Shown: piece by piece, positions 22,521 through 35,595 of the stretch
How the letters are laid out: every line of letters starts with the position of its first letter
Position numbering within the stretch: position 1 is the stretch's first letter
Assembly (NCBI GenBank): GCA_030390025.1
Contig: CM059425.1
Location: 170,626,001-170,690,000 of the forward strand
Direction of reading: 5' to 3'
DNA length: 64,000 nt
Source: Squalus acanthias
Taxonomy: Eukaryota
Program-made: the position numbers and the translations under genes
The notes under the pieces: generated by a model
Databases searched by the model: none
The model's input: the letters and a program-made list of their open reading frames with translations, nothing else
What the model was told of the DNA's origin: nothing

Positions 22521-23994
22521 AAAATTTTACGTAAAAGACACAAGGGAGATTTTTGTTTTGGCTTCTCATTAACTAACTGAGCAAGAAGACTAGTCTTTAA
22601 ACTGCTGAAAGGGTTATTCTGTAATCTGGGCAAGAATGCTTTTGTGATTGTTTTCCTTAACTTTAAACAAAAAAAAAAACTTTGTCCTGAAAACCAGCTG
22701 GAATGAAAATGATTTTAAAAATTCAATATGTTGTTCAACAAGGGGTATTGTCAGCTTTTTAAGAGCCTAATTATTGTGCAGTAGGCTTTGTACTCACACA
22801 TACTAACTTTCTGGGCTTAAACTTAATTAAGCATTCATAAAATACTTGACTGGGTCTACTGTTGGAAGATCACACAATGGGAGAAGAGTTATCCAGCACT
22901 GCTGCAGCTCTTAAAGGGCTGTAGCAGCCATTTAAATAACATGTACCCTTAAAGGTAAGTACCCACATATATGGGGGCACGATTCTTTCGGGCTTCTGAA
23001 ACATTGTCATGAGAAAAAAATCAGTGCAAGTCCTAGGGAATGTGAAGGCAGCAAATGAAGTCCATGGGCAGGTGATGAAGTCGTATAGGAACTAAACATC
23101 TTGTTTGATGAATGGCGAAGTGGAGATGCTGCTTCATAAGATGGGTACAAAAAGAGTGTTTTCCTGTGTGCCACTCCCAGGCACCCTCCACAGTGGAGAG
23201 TAGTATAGCACCTGGCAGGAGGTAACAGCCAAGATGACACTGTGTCCCGTACCTGCCAAACCTGGCATCAGATGTAGAAGAAAAATAGTACAACGTACGG
23301 AAGCTGCCAGGGCTTGTCGATCCATCAGTACCATATACCAGGTATATTGCCAAGTTTGCATGCTACAGCATATTGCCTGTCATGCAATGCCCTCAGACAA
23401 CCTTACTACTCTTTCAGTGCTCATCATGCATGCCCACACTTGAACACGTTCAAGCTGAATATACACCCTTGGGACACTGACATCTTAAAAGGAAGTAATT
23501 CTAACACAACCCAGCTGCATGATCCACGGTCACTTACTGACATACAGGATGCACTGCAGGTTGGTAACAGGTCTGTCACTGTCAATTTACAACATCTCAA
23601 GAATACTAAGCTGAAGGAGAGCCCTTAACTATGGAGTTGGCACGGCCTACACTGACCACCCTTTCATTGTACTTGGGCACTACCTTCCGAGGACTGCCCC
23701 ATTCCAAACAGGGCCTCTCTCGCCTGCCTTATTTGGACCAGTAGCACCAGTCAGGAGAATGCTGGCCTACAGGTAGGGAAAGGAGTGACTACAACCCTCT
23801 GCCCCCAAGCTCCCACTCATGTTATGTATTGTCACCACTTCTCACTCATTCATACAAACTGGCACACACATAACCTTAGTATTGAAATGCATGTGCCAGC
23901 TTAAAGTACCAAGCATCATCGCACTAGGGTTTTCTTGAAAGCAGGATTGCAACTCTTTGCAGAATGTCAGAAATCAACTGCAGGGCACAGAGCA

Positions 23995-24477
23995 CCCCCA
24001 CCCCCACCTCCCCCCCCCCCCCCTCCCGTCCCGTCCCCACCCCCCATGTCCCCACCCCCCACACCCCTCCCCCCCCACACCCCCACCTCCCGTCCCCACC
24101 CCCCACACCCCTCCCCCCCCACACCCCCACCTCCCATCCCCACCCCCCACGTCCCCACCCCCCTTCCCCCCCATACCCCCACCTCCCCCCCTCCCATCCC
24201 CCCTTCCCCCCCACACCCCCACCTCCCCCCCTCCCATCCCCACCCCCCTCCCGTCCCCACCCCCCTCCCGTCCCCACACCCCTCCCCCCCAACACCCCCA
24301 CCTCCGCCCCCCACACCCCTCCCCACCCCTCCGCCCCCCACACCCCTCCCCACCCCTCCGCCCCCCACACCCCTCCCCACCTCTCCGCCCCCCACACCCC
24401 TCCCCACCTCTCCGCCCCCACACCCCTCCCACCCCTCCCCCCCCACACCCCTCCCACCCCTCCCCCCCCACACCCCA
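23995..24477. repeat. C-rich low-complexity/minisatellite tract (ccccacacccctccccc-type units)
   Basis: ~480 bp of near-pure C-runs. It produces the spurious Pro-rich and Gly-rich ORFs. Confidence 0.95.
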
Positions 24478-24478
24478 C

Positions 24479-25118
24479 TTTGCGGGCGCCGTATAGCAAT
24501 CCTGAGATCTTCCGTAACCACAAAGGCTACCACTCACTTAATTTGCAGTTGGTGTGCAACCACACCCAGCGCATACTGATGGTGAATGCCTGCTATCCTG
24601 GCAGCAGCCATGATGCCTTCATCCTGCACCAGTCCAGTGTGCCAGCACTCTTCCAGCCACCACAGCAAGCTCGAGGGTGGCTGCTCGGAGACAAGGGCTA
24701 TCTGCTCTCCACCTAGCTCATGACTCCCCTCTACAACCCCACCACTCAAGCCCACCACTAATATAATGAGAGCCATGCTTCCACCGGGAACATCATCAAG
24801 CAGAACATTGGGCTACTGAAGCAACGGTTCCGCTGCCTTGACCACATAGGAGGAGCCCTCCAGTACATGCCGGAGCGGGTGTCCCATTTCCTGGTGGTCT
24901 GCTGCATGGTTCACAACTTGGCAATCATGAGGACACAGTCCTTGCCAGCAGGGATTGCAGGACTACCTCAGGAGAAGGAGGATGAGGGGAGGAGGAGGAG
25001 GAAGAGGAGCAAGACGAAGAGGAAGAGGACGAGGAGGGAGGGAGGAGGCAGGCAGCCAATCCTTCTTCCGGACAGGCTTTCCATGAACACCTCATCAGAC
25101 TCCAATTCCAATGAATGA
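24479..25118 (+). pseudogene. Degenerate Harbinger transposase, C-terminal half
   Basis: LRAPYSNPEIFRNHKGYHSLNLQLVCNH...YPGSSHDAFILHQSSVPALF...WLLGDKGY, then stops, then LLKQRFRCLDH...PERVSHFLVVCCMVHNLA. Collinear with 13656-14801. Confidence 0.9.
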
Positions 25119-25290
25119 AACCCAGATCTCCATTGCTCACCACATCCCCATCATACTATCCCTCTGTCACGGAATATCACAGCGTCCTCCTGGGCACCAA
25201 GCTGAAATGAGAGCCACCACAAAAGATTCCAAACCAAATGAATAAATTTATCAAAAATCAATTCACACATATTTACACTAACAATATCAA

Positions 25291-26674
25291 CTAATCACCC
25301 TTGTGCAGTCCTTTAATGCCAGTCATTCGGGTTCCCTTTCCTGTTCGAGTGCTCCTATGAAGTGCTCCCCCAGTGGCTGCAGCATGGGTGGTGGAAGGCT
25401 GCTGAGTTTCAATGGGGGAGACCACAGATGGCCTTGGAGGACAACCTCGAGCAGCTGTGGCCCTAGAAGGCCCAACTGTAGACTGCACCACCTCGGCATG
25501 GGCGGCAGCAGTCTGGGCTGGCTGGCTGCCAGGCAGCGGCAAGGGCAATGGCGGAGTGGCAGTGGTGGAAACAGGAATGCTGTCATCCTGAGAGAGGACA
25601 GCATGGTCCTGCTCCACTGACTCACTGCCACTCCCCTGGGGCAGCACCTCAGCATTCCTAGCAATCTGCTGGAGCACAGATTGCTAGGCTGCTGTGACAC
25701 CCTGCAAGCCCCGGTCGACAGTGGTAAACCCAGCCACGATGGCAACAGTCTGAGCTTGGGTGGCAGCAAGCTGTGACTGCATGAAAGTGGTCTGCGCTTC
25801 CACTGTAGCCTGTGCTGCAATGGCAGCCACGATATCGCCCATCAGACGCACCATCCTGTCTGGGTCGACACGGTCTCTTCGAGAGTCTTCCATCATTTCC
25901 AGCCTGGAAATCATGGGCTCCAAGCTCTGTGCAAAGCCCCGTGCAATGTTTGAGCTGGACTCCTCCGTGCTCCTTGACACTGACAAGAGGCTCTCTGGCA
26001 GGCTTGCCATTGCACCTAGCAATTTGGTGTGCATACCCAACATCCTTCTTCTGAAGGCCACCACATTGAGGTCCTCATCTGTGTCCTGTGCAGCAGAACT
26101 CGCACGCGAACTTGCCCTCTGGGAAGCTGGCACCAAGCTACCCTTTCCCCTGGCCTTGCTGCAGCCCACTCGTCCCCGGTGCCTCACCCTGTGCAGATTT
26201 ACCCTCTAAATTATGCGCAGTGCCAGTTTCTGAGCTGGTGTCTGTGCATGACAGATGCAGTGACGCTGTGTCTTCTTCTTCTTCTCCCCCTCGCTCTCCT
26301 GCATCGCCTCAGGGACAGGCTAATCTGGTGCTTGTTGTTGATTATCTGAAAGCAGAAAGGCACAAGAGTTGGGTTATGGTGAGGGGAGGGCGGGGGGAAG
26401 CAATATATCCATGCATACAGCATCAGCAGCTTGAAAGTGAGAAGAGATTGTGGGATATGGGGGAAGTGGGATGTGAGAAGAAGGATTATGAATGACCATA
26501 TCGTTGTTGTCCCCAAGGACTTCAACCTCGCCGGTTGCCACAGCCTCTATGATCTGCCGTCAATGACGTCCATCACTCTCCTCCAGCTAGCTGAGGTCGT
26601 GGATGTCAGCATGCACCATCCCCCCACCCACCACCTGTCTGCTGCTGGTTCCTCTGGTTCTGCGCGACCTTGGC
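25291..26674 (-). pseudogene. Degenerate Harbinger Myb-partner gene, exons 2-3 (exon 1 missing)
   Basis: Acceptor ctcttgcag|GCCAAGGTCGCGCAGAAC (AKVAQNQRNQQQTGGG, compare AKLAHNRRQQQRTGGG) and acceptor ctgctttcag| at 26345. The C-terminus LQQIARNAEVLPQGSGS...AVLSQDDSIP...QTAAAHAEVVQS is homologous to 15047-16000. It is convergent with the transposase. Confidence 0.85.
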
Positions 26675-27636
26675 CTGCAAGAGAAAGGGAAGTGTGTCAG
26701 TGAGTGTAATGCAATGTGTTTGGGTGATATGTCTGCCATAGTTGTTTAGCTGTCAGTGTGTGCAAGGTGTGAGATGTGGGTGTGAGTATTGCAGCAGTGG
26801 TAAGGTTGTGAGGGTGAAGTGAAGCCATGATTGTGAGGTATGAGTGGTGATAGGTAGAGATTGTTGGTAGGTGATTGATGGGGGTGTGGTGCATTGAGCA
26901 ATGTGTGCGGAAAATCTGCGGGCTATCTACCTTTGATGACGCTCCGCCATGGCTTTGCTCTACCTTGTCCTTGCAACAGTTCTGCGTGGCTTGACAATGA
27001 GGTGCTGTAGCATTAGTGCACCTCCCCTTTAAGTACTGAATAAAGCCTGTGCCACACATGACTGGGAATTAGACTGGATCTGGCATTGGCCCACTTGTTG
27101 CATGTTAAGCCAATGAGCACCAGTTTTAGCACTGAACTCAAGACTACAATCATGGTAATGAGGACTGAGCATGAATTTTGCGTGCTACCTAGACCATTTT
27201 GAGGTGGTGCAGCTTAACATTGTTGGGCCTTAAAGCTGCCCATTTCGTGACTATATCCAATTTCTAGGTCATTGTTTTCGGGAAGGGTTTTTCTGAGATG
27301 GTATGAATGGGAGGTGAAACAAAAGGTATGGATCCACTCTGTCTGCCGCACTACCATGGAAAGGAAAATTCAGACAACAATATTTTATACTTTCAAGTTC
27401 TATTTGATGGTGTCACTTGGAACTGTCATTCCAGTATCTGTTCTTTATCTGTCACTGTAGCTGAAACAGCAGCCCACCAGTGCTGCCAATAGCCCAGAAC
27501 AAGAAAATATGGGGGTGAGATTAGTCCTCGCCAAAAACACAAAACAGGCTCACAATGAATTGGCAGCAAGATTTACACCACGTCCGATTTTCTATTCCAC
27601 TGAAGGGCTGCGTAAAACGGTCTTCCAATTCACTGT

Positions 27637-28439
27637 GGCCGGAATTTTGAGGAGGAAGGCGGGTTGGGGCGGGAGGGAAACCCGGGAGGCCGGGTTTTCC
27701 ACAGGCCCTGCCGACTTTAACAGCAGGGCCTGATTTGCATGCGAGGCTTCGGTGTCCCGCCCGCAGCCAGCCAGATTGAGAGGCTGGCCGGCCATGGGCG
27801 GGTAGGCCTGCGGCTGCACAGAGGAGGGAGGGAGGGTTAGTGTGAGGGCTGGGCCGTTAAATGGATGGATCGGGGTGGGGGTAGAGAACCGGGTGTCGGC
27901 CTGGCCGTTAAATGGATCGGTGTGGGGGGGGGGCGGGGGAAGAGAGAATCGGGGACAGATGACCCAGGTGGGGTGGTGGTGGACGATGAAGGGAAGATCA
28001 CGGCCGGCCACCGGAGGACCGTGGCCGGCCTCAGCATCATCGCTGTGCCGGGGGGATTGGAAGCCTCGTGAGGGCTCTCCGATCGTGGGAGTGGATCCTG
28101 GTGGGGACCCTGGTAGGTATAAGGGCACTTACCTCCTGGATCCAGCAGTCTCCACCTTGCTGGAACCTCCGGGTTTCACGAATTGTGTGAAACCCGTCCA
28201 CATGCAGTTAAAAACAAAATGGAGGTTTAAATAAAAAGGCTTCTAGCCACATTATAATATTTAAATTGACGTTCCACCCCCTGGGAGCGAGTTGGTCACC
28301 CGCCCCCATCCCGCCCCCCCATCCCGCCTCTGTTAAAACCGGAAGTGGGTGGGTTGGAGGCAGGAATCCCATTTTCAACAATTTAACTCCCCTCATGCTC
28401 CAAACCCACCTGGTTTTTTTTAAGGTTAAAATTCCCCCC
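27637..28439. mobile_element. Harbinger-type MITE
   Basis: Ends ggccggaatttt / aaaattcccccc. Shares internal blocks (e.g. cacttacctcctggatccag) with ~61211-62821 and resembles ~36400-39080 and 53134-53659. Confidence 0.65.
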
Positions 28440-28599
28440 ATGAGTCTGTTTCTTGCTACTGGCAAAGACCAATTTTATCCCTAATATCATCACAGCCTGG
28501 GTCCCTCACACTAACATTTGAAAACAACAGCACAGTCAGACACATCACACAGGATGCAGCTAGTGAGCTTGAGGAGGCAGCACTCGATGAGTCACAGTG

Positions 28600-29130
28600 T
28601 ATGGGTGCGGAGGAGCTGGTGCCACTGCCAGAGGAGCAGCAAGCACTTGATCCGAGCCAGCCACGTGGCTGCCATCAACAAACCCCAATGCTTTGGGAAG
28701 TGCAGCAGTGCCATGAAATTGGATAGCTGTGCCACGGTCCTGTTGCTATTCATTGGAAAAAGTGCTAGCCATCCTGACCACTGCATCAGTCACCTATTTG
28801 ATACTTGTGTGGGCAGTGCAATGGCTGATGCTGCAGATTCTTCCTGTGCCAGCCTAAAAGGAGGTGGTGGTGACCTTGACTGCCGTTGGCAAGGCTGCCC
28901 CATGTTGTAAGTTGGCTGTATGTGTGCTTGTGGCAGCTGGCACAGCTCTACAACTGCCTCCCTGCTGACGCAAAGCCTGTGGAGGGCAGCTGCCCTCAAT
29001 CAATGCCGAGTAGTTGCCGGGACCTGCAGACACAGCTGAGCGCATAATGGTGGAGTGCCAGCTCTGGTGCCATCTGATCTTCCTGACATGCCTTCTTTCA
29101 CCTCGTAGCACTTCAACCATTAAATACTGT
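28600..29130 (-). pseudogene. Highly degenerate Harbinger transposase N-terminal fragment
   Basis: Across frameshifts it reads LHRLCVSREAVVELCQL...ALPTAVKVT... and PKALGFVDGSHVA (compare LRRLRFSKEVVTELCHL...LSVAVKVT...PMVQGAIDCTHVA). Confidence 0.6.
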
Positions 29131-29306
29131 GATTCAGGCACAAGAGGATGAGGATGAGAAACAATAACAACATGCATTTATATAGCACCTTTAATGCAGT
29201 AAAATGTCCCAAGGTGCTTCACAGGAGCAATTATCAAACAAAATTTGACATCGAACCATATAAGGAGATATTAAGACAGGTGACCAAAAGCTTGGTCAAA
29301 GAGATA

Positions 29307-29680
29307 GGGGGAAAAATTCGGTTGATTTGCATTTCACATTAGCGCACTAAGAGGGCACTAACGAGACGCAAAGCAACTAGCGCCCGGACACGAAGCCGCT
29401 AACGCCTCCCGTGAAATTCAGTGGGAGGTTAGTAGCGGCGCCCTGTGGCGCTGTGCCTCCGGCAACGACATCATCGCCGTGCGCAGTGCCCAATCGCGCC
29501 CCAGCCGCGATCTTCGGTGGCGCCCCCTGACTTACTGCTGGACGCTATGTCCGACAGGGTCAAGGGAGCCTACCTGTGGCCGGGGTGACGCAAATTAAAG
29601 GGGAGGTGCCGGGCGGCCATTTTTGTTGCTGGCCGCCTGCCAGCACCCACCCCCGTTGCTGTCCCCGGCCTCCTGTGAAG

Positions 29681-29711
<31 letters not shown>

Positions 29712-29772
29712 CAAGAGGAGTGCCGGCTACGAAGTTAACGCCCTAAAGGCGGCGCGACCCAATTTTACCCCC
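29307..29772. mobile_element. Harbinger-type MITE in the L2 3' end
   Basis: GGGGGAAAAATT / aattttaccccc ends and TSD ATA (29304-29306 / 29773-29775). Excision restores L2 gcttggtcaaagagatagatttt. Confidence 0.88.
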
Positions 29773-30140
29773 ATAGATTTTAAAGAGAGTCTTAAAGGAG
29801 GAGAGAGAGGCAGAGAGGTTTAGGGAGGGAATTTCAGAGCTTAGGGCCTTTACAGCTGAAGGCACGGCCGCCAATGGTAGAGCAATTAAAATCGGGAATT
29901 AGGCCAAAATTGGAGGAGTGCAGATATCTCCAAGGGTTGTAGGGCTGGAGGGGGTTACAAAGATAGGGAGGGGCAAGATCATGGATGGATTTCAAAACAA
30001 GGATGAGAATTTTAAAATTGAGGTAATGGGGGACTTCAACTATCCTGATATTGACTGGGATAGTAATAGTGTAAAGGGCAGAGAGGGGGAAGAATTTCTG
30101 AAGTGTGTTCAGGAGAACTTTCTTGATCAGTATATTTCCA

Positions 30141-30360
30141 TGATGCGGAGATGCCGGTGTTGGACTGGGGTGGACAAAAGTGAGAAGTCGCACAACACCA
30201 GCTTATAGTCCAACAGCTTTATTTGAAATCACAAGCTTTTGGAGCGCTACTCCTTCGTCAGGTGAAGTGAAGAAATACATATGGGCACAGCATAAATAGT
30301 CAGAGAACAATGCCAGACGACTACAGTTAATCTTTCTAACTGCCCTTTATCACACCTCGG
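30141..30360 (-). mobile_element. Penelope-like element 3'/pLTR fragment inserted in CR1 endonuclease
   Basis: TSD CAG(T/C)ATATTTCCA (30128-30140 / 30361-30373). Shares the ~70-bp block and hammerhead-like motif with 39716-40136. Confidence 0.75.
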
Positions 30361-31795
30361 CAGCATATTTCCAGCACAACGAGGAAATAGGCATTGCTGG
30401 ATCTGGTTCTGGGGAATGAGGTGGGTCAAGTGGAGCAACTGTCCGTAGAGGAACATTTAGGGAACAGTGATCATAGTATCATAAGGTTTAGATTAGCTAT
30501 GGAAAAGGACAGGGAGCAATCTAGAGTAAAAATGCTTAATTGGAGGAAGGCCAATTTCAGTGGGTTGAGAACGGATCTGGCCTGGGTAAGTTGGAATCAA
30601 AGATTGGCAGGCAAAACTGTAGTGGAACAATGGGCTGCCTTTAAAGAGGAGATGGTTCAGGTACATTCCCACGAGGGGGAAAGGTAGGGTAAGCAAAACC
30701 AGAGCTCACTGGATGATGAAAGAGATAGAGAGTAAGATGAAGCAGAAAAAGGGGACGTATGACAGATGTCAGGTTGAGAATACAAGTGAGAACCATGCTG
30801 AATATAGAAAGTTCACAGGGGAAGTGAAAAAGGAAATAAGAGGGGCAAAGAGAGAGTATGAGAATAGATTGGCAGCTAACATAAAAGGAATCCAAAAGTC
30901 TTCTATAGGCATATAAATGGTAAACAGGTAGTCAGAGGAGGGGTGGGGCCAATTAGGGACTAAAATGGAGACCTATGCATGGAGGCAGAGGGCATGGCTG
31001 AGGTACTAAATGAGTACTTTGCATCTGTCTTCAACAAAGAAGAAGATGCTGCCAAAGTCATAGTGAAAGAGGAGGTAGTTGAGATACTGGATGGGATAAA
31101 AATTGATAAAGAGGAGATACTAGAAATGCTGGCTGTACTTAAAGTAGATAAGTCACTGGGACCGACCGGAAGGGATGCATTCTAGGATGCTGAGGAACGT
31201 AAAGGTGGAAATTGTGGAGGTATTGGCCATAATCTTCCAATCCTCCTTAGATACAGGGGTGGTGCCAAAGGACTGGAGAATTGCAAATGTTACACCCTTG
31301 TTCAAAAAAGGGTGCAAGGATAAACCCAGCAACTACAGGCCAATCAGTTTAACCTCGGTGGTGGGGAAGCTTTTAGAAACGATAATCTGGGATAAAATTA
31401 ACAGCCACTTGGACAAGTGTGGATTAATTAAAGAAAGTCAGCACGGATTTGTTAAAGGCAAATCGTGTTTAACTAACTTGATTGAGTTTTTTGATGAGGT
31501 AACAGAGAGGGTTGATGAGGGCAATGCAGTTAAAAACATAAGAAATAGGAGCAGGATAGAGGTGTTCAATATCATGAGGGGCCTAGACAGAGTAGATAGA
31601 GAGAAACTGTTCTGATTGGTGGAAGGGTCGAGGACCAGAGGACACAGATTTAAGGTGATTGGCAGAAGAACCAAAGGCGACATGAGGGGAAACTTTTTAT
31701 GCAGCAAGTATTTAGGATCGGGAATGCACTGCCTGAAAGGGTGGTGGAGGCAGATTCAATTGTGGCTTTCAAAAAGGGAATTGGTTAAATACTTG

Positions 31796-32155
31796 GTCTG
31801 GACAAACTAGATGCAGGAAGAATGTTCCCGATGGTCGGAGAGTCCAGAACCAGGGGTCATAATCTAAGGATAAGGGGTAAGCCATTTAGGACAGAAATGA
31901 GGAGGAATTTCTTCACCCAGAGAGTGGTGAACCTGTGGAATTCTCTACCACAGAAGGTAGTTGAGGCCAAGTCATTAAATATATTCAAGAATGAGTTAGA
32001 TATATTTCTTAAAGCTAAAGGTATCAAGGGATATGAGGAGAAGGCAGGTACAGGGTACTGAGTTTGGATGATCAGCCATGATCTCATCGAATGGCGGAGC
32101 AGGCTCGAGGGGCCGAATGGCCTACTCCTGCTCCTATCTTCTATGTTTCTATGTT
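31796..32155 (+). mobile_element. Young 5'-truncated CR1 (same subfamily as 6304-11698) nested in an older CR1 3' end
   Basis: Near-identical to the reverse complement of ~6304-6660. TSD TACTTG (31790-31795 / 32156-32161). Confidence 0.9.
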
Positions 32156-35100
32156 TACTTGAGGGAAAATATTTGCAGGGTTACAGGGGAGTGGGACTAG
32201 CTGAAGTGCTCTTGCAGAGATCTGGCACGGGCTCGACGGGCCGAATGGCCTCCTTCTGTGCTGTAACCATTCTATAATTCTATGATTCTATGAGGTGTTG
32301 CCAGGCCGGGAACCAATGTAGGTCAGCGAGCACAGGGGTGACGGGTGAATTTGGTGCAAGTTAGGTTACGGGCAGCAGAGTTTTGGATGAGCTAAGTTTA
32401 CAGAGGGTGGAAGATGGGAGGCCAGCCAGGAGAGTGTTGGAATAGTCAAGAGTATCGGTAACAATGGCACGGATGAGAGTTTCAGCTGCAGATGAGCTGA
32501 GGCAGGGGCGAAGCTACAGAAGTGGAAGTAGGCAGTCTTGATATGAATATGGAGTAGGAAGCTCATGTTCAGGGTCAAATAGGACGGCATGGTTGCGAAT
32601 GCTCTGGTTCAGCCTCAGACAGTTGCCAGGGAGAGGGATGGAGTTTGTGGCAGGGACCAAAGACAATGGCTTTGGTCTTTCCAATATTTAGGCAGGAAAT
32701 TTCTGCTCATCCAGTACTGGATGTTGGACAAGCAGCGTGAACCTGACGTTGTGTTTTCAGATGATGTTGCTGAGGGGCATCCTATAGATGAGAAATAGGA
32801 GGGGTCCAAGGATAGATCTTTGGGTGACTCTAGAGGCAACGGTGCGGGAGCAGGAAGGATAGCCAGATAATCACCTGCAATGGCTATGATTGAATAGATG
32901 GGAATGGAACCAGGCGAGGGCAGTCCCACCCAGCTGGGCAACGGATGAGAGGCGTTGGAGGAGGATGGTGTGGTCAACCGTGTGAAAGGCTGCAGACAGG
33001 TTGAGACGGATGAGGAGGGAGAGTTTACCACGGTCACAGTCACATAGGATGTCATTTGCGCCTTTGATAAAGGCCATTTCAGTGCTGTAGCAGGGGTAGA
33101 AACCCAATTGGAGAAGTTCATACATGGAGTTGCGGGAAAGTTGGGTACGGATTTGGGAGGCGACAACATGTTCAAGGATTTTGGAGAGGAAAGGGAGATG
33201 GAGTTGTAGTTTGCAAGGACAGAGAGGTCAAGCGTGGGTTTTTTGAGGAGGGGGGATGATGACGGCAGATTTGAGGAGAGGGAACTGTTAACAATATCAG
33301 ATAACATGTGGGCCAGGAAGGAAAGTTGGGTGGTTAGCAGGTTGGTGGGAATAGGGTCCAGGGAGCAGGAGGTAGGTCTCAGACAAGATGAGCTCGAAGA
33401 AGGCATGAGGGAAATTAGGAGAGAAACTAGAGAAAGATGCAAGTTCAGGGGTAGAGCAGGGCGGTGGTTTACAGAAAGTTTGACTTGGTGGGCAAGGGGA
33501 AGGGAGGGAAGCAGCAGAGGCATCTCAACTGATGGTCTCAATCTTAGTGACAAAGAAGTCCTCGTACTTGTTGTAGTTGGTGAGAGTGGAAGGGGCAAGG
33601 GAGAGGGGTTTAAGAAGACGGTTTGTAGTGGAGAACCCATAACATTTTGCCAATCGGAAAAGGAGGTGAAACAACAGATAACAACTTGCATTCATATAAT
33701 GCCTTTAACGTAGAAAAATGTCCCTGAGCTGCAGTGATAGTTTGCAATCTAAAAGCACCTTTTCATATTCCCTCTTTTTCAATTAACTTCCTGTTCTGCT
33801 GAACACTTGTAAATGCTTTAATCATAGTCCGCTTTCTGGTGATTCTGCAGACAGTATTTGGCTGCTTTTGCACCAAGATAAATGTGGGGCGAGATTTTAA
33901 CCCGCAGCAGATTCCAGCGGGACACCGTTCCAGTGGCATCAGGAAGCCTAAAGCCATTTTAACCGCCGGGGCTCATTTAAAGGCTGCCGGTTCACTTCCT
34001 GCCCATTCCGCATGAGAAGAGGGCACAGAGTGGCTGCCGGCTACCAAAGGTCGGGTTGCTATGTTAAATGACAATAAACATTTAAAAAGTAAAAAGAACA
34101 TTGAATTTTATCTCTGATTTTCACTTAGAAAATTTAATTTTTACTGAAGTTTTCTTTTTCAATTTAAAACAAAACACAGAAAATAAAGAATCCTACTAAT
34201 ACAGAACTATTCATAAAGTTTTATAGTTACGATTTTATGATATTTTAATTTCCATACAATATGTGTAAGATCAGGTTAATCTCAATGTATGAAACAAATG
34301 TTAGGAGGGAATCTTACAATTTGGATATAAATTGACTCTTTAATTATTTGATGGTGAGGGGAAAAATCCTGACTATTTTTGCATCTATATCTATTCCTTG
34401 TGTTTAGCTGGAAACTAACTCAAAACATATTAGCCATCAGAATCTTATAACTTATTATAAACCTTATCTGGTTTTGAATTCCTTATGTAGAATATTTTAC
34501 AAATTTCAAACACTAACACATATGAAATATATCAAACTATTTTGAAAGGCACCCATACTGTATAGGTTCACAATTATTTTTTATTTCATGTTTAATTTGA
34601 TGCTTTCTAGTATTACAGGTCAAAACATCAGCATGCAAAATTTACCATGGGTTGCAAGGTCAGAGATACATCTGATGCTAAGCATTAAAGGAGAAAGATT
34701 GACATTCAGGGACAAGGTTCAAAGAGATAGTTAGCTTCTAGAATAGTGGTTAAGACAGATGAAAGTGGTGCCACTAGGCATGAAAAGAGAACATATGTGT
34801 TTCATCAGAGGTACGACTTCCACCAGCACTGAAGGCAAATTCCTACCTCTTAAAGCAGCATAACCTGCCAAATAAAGGCACTTGGCTCTGCAAATATTGT
34901 GAGTGTGGTTATGTTAATATCTCCTTGGAATACCCAGTTTCACTCACAACTGGATTGTAGCTATGGTCCCAATTAAACCATGTTTTTATCTTGGACTATC
35001 GGGTCAGTATTATATTTCTTTCCTACCAATGACTTCATAGCATAATGCAGGAAGCCCATGCTGCCCTCAATATGTCCACAATATGCTGGTGATGTCATCG

Positions 35101-35595
35101 CAATATCAACACACTGGAACTAATAAGGTTTCTTACCCCCACTGATTTCAGTCAAAAGCAGGGTGCTATGAAACCATCACTAGCATACGTTTTTCAAGGT
35201 TGACAGCTGTTTCAAAGAATTCAGACATTAAACAATAAAAAACTCCAAAGGTAATGGCTCGGATGTTGCGTTGAGAATAATGGTGAGGTTAACAGCAACT
35301 TCCAGAGTCCACAGATGTGTAGCTAAACGTGGAAATCCGCAAGTTGCGGTCCAAATTATCCTGCTCCTCCACAGGCTGCGCCACACTGGTATCTCGCCAA
35401 TAGACTTAGCATTGAAAGCCATGTAAGGGCGTGAAGTTGCGGTACTTACCCACTAGTTACCCAGTAAACACAGCAGAAAAGGTTAGGGCTGATGCATTCA
35501 GGTGTAAGTGAATTTTTCACAGTTTGATCAGTCATAATTACTGCCAAACAACCTGTATGGCCCTGAAAATTTAATTTTACAAGTGTAGAGACTTA

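Larger units (their letters stand above)
30025..32290 (+). mobile_element. 5'-truncated, internally deleted CR1 LINE inserted in L2
   Basis: MGDFNYPDIDW, LDLVLGNE...SDH and GKSCLTNLIEFF motifs, (attctatg)n tail, TSD TGAGGT (30019-30024 / 32291-32296). Confidence 0.88.
29160..33640 (-). mobile_element. L2 LINE (RT fragment + 3' end) hosting nested insertions
   Basis: PTSCSLDPIPTNLL and LNLSAAFHTVDHTILLQRLS (L2 RT) at 32870-33400. The 3' end and tail lie at 29160-29306 and 29773-30024. Confidence 0.85.

Noticed and set aside
23924..24716. Pro-rich (extensin/formin-like) and Gly-rich ORFs in all six frames
   Set aside because: Artefact of a stop-free C-rich tract. Only the part after 24479 is meaningful (transposase remnant).
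32615..33691. 358-aa Ser/Pro-rich ORF
   Set aside because: Mostly off-frame reading of a frameshifted L2 ORF2.
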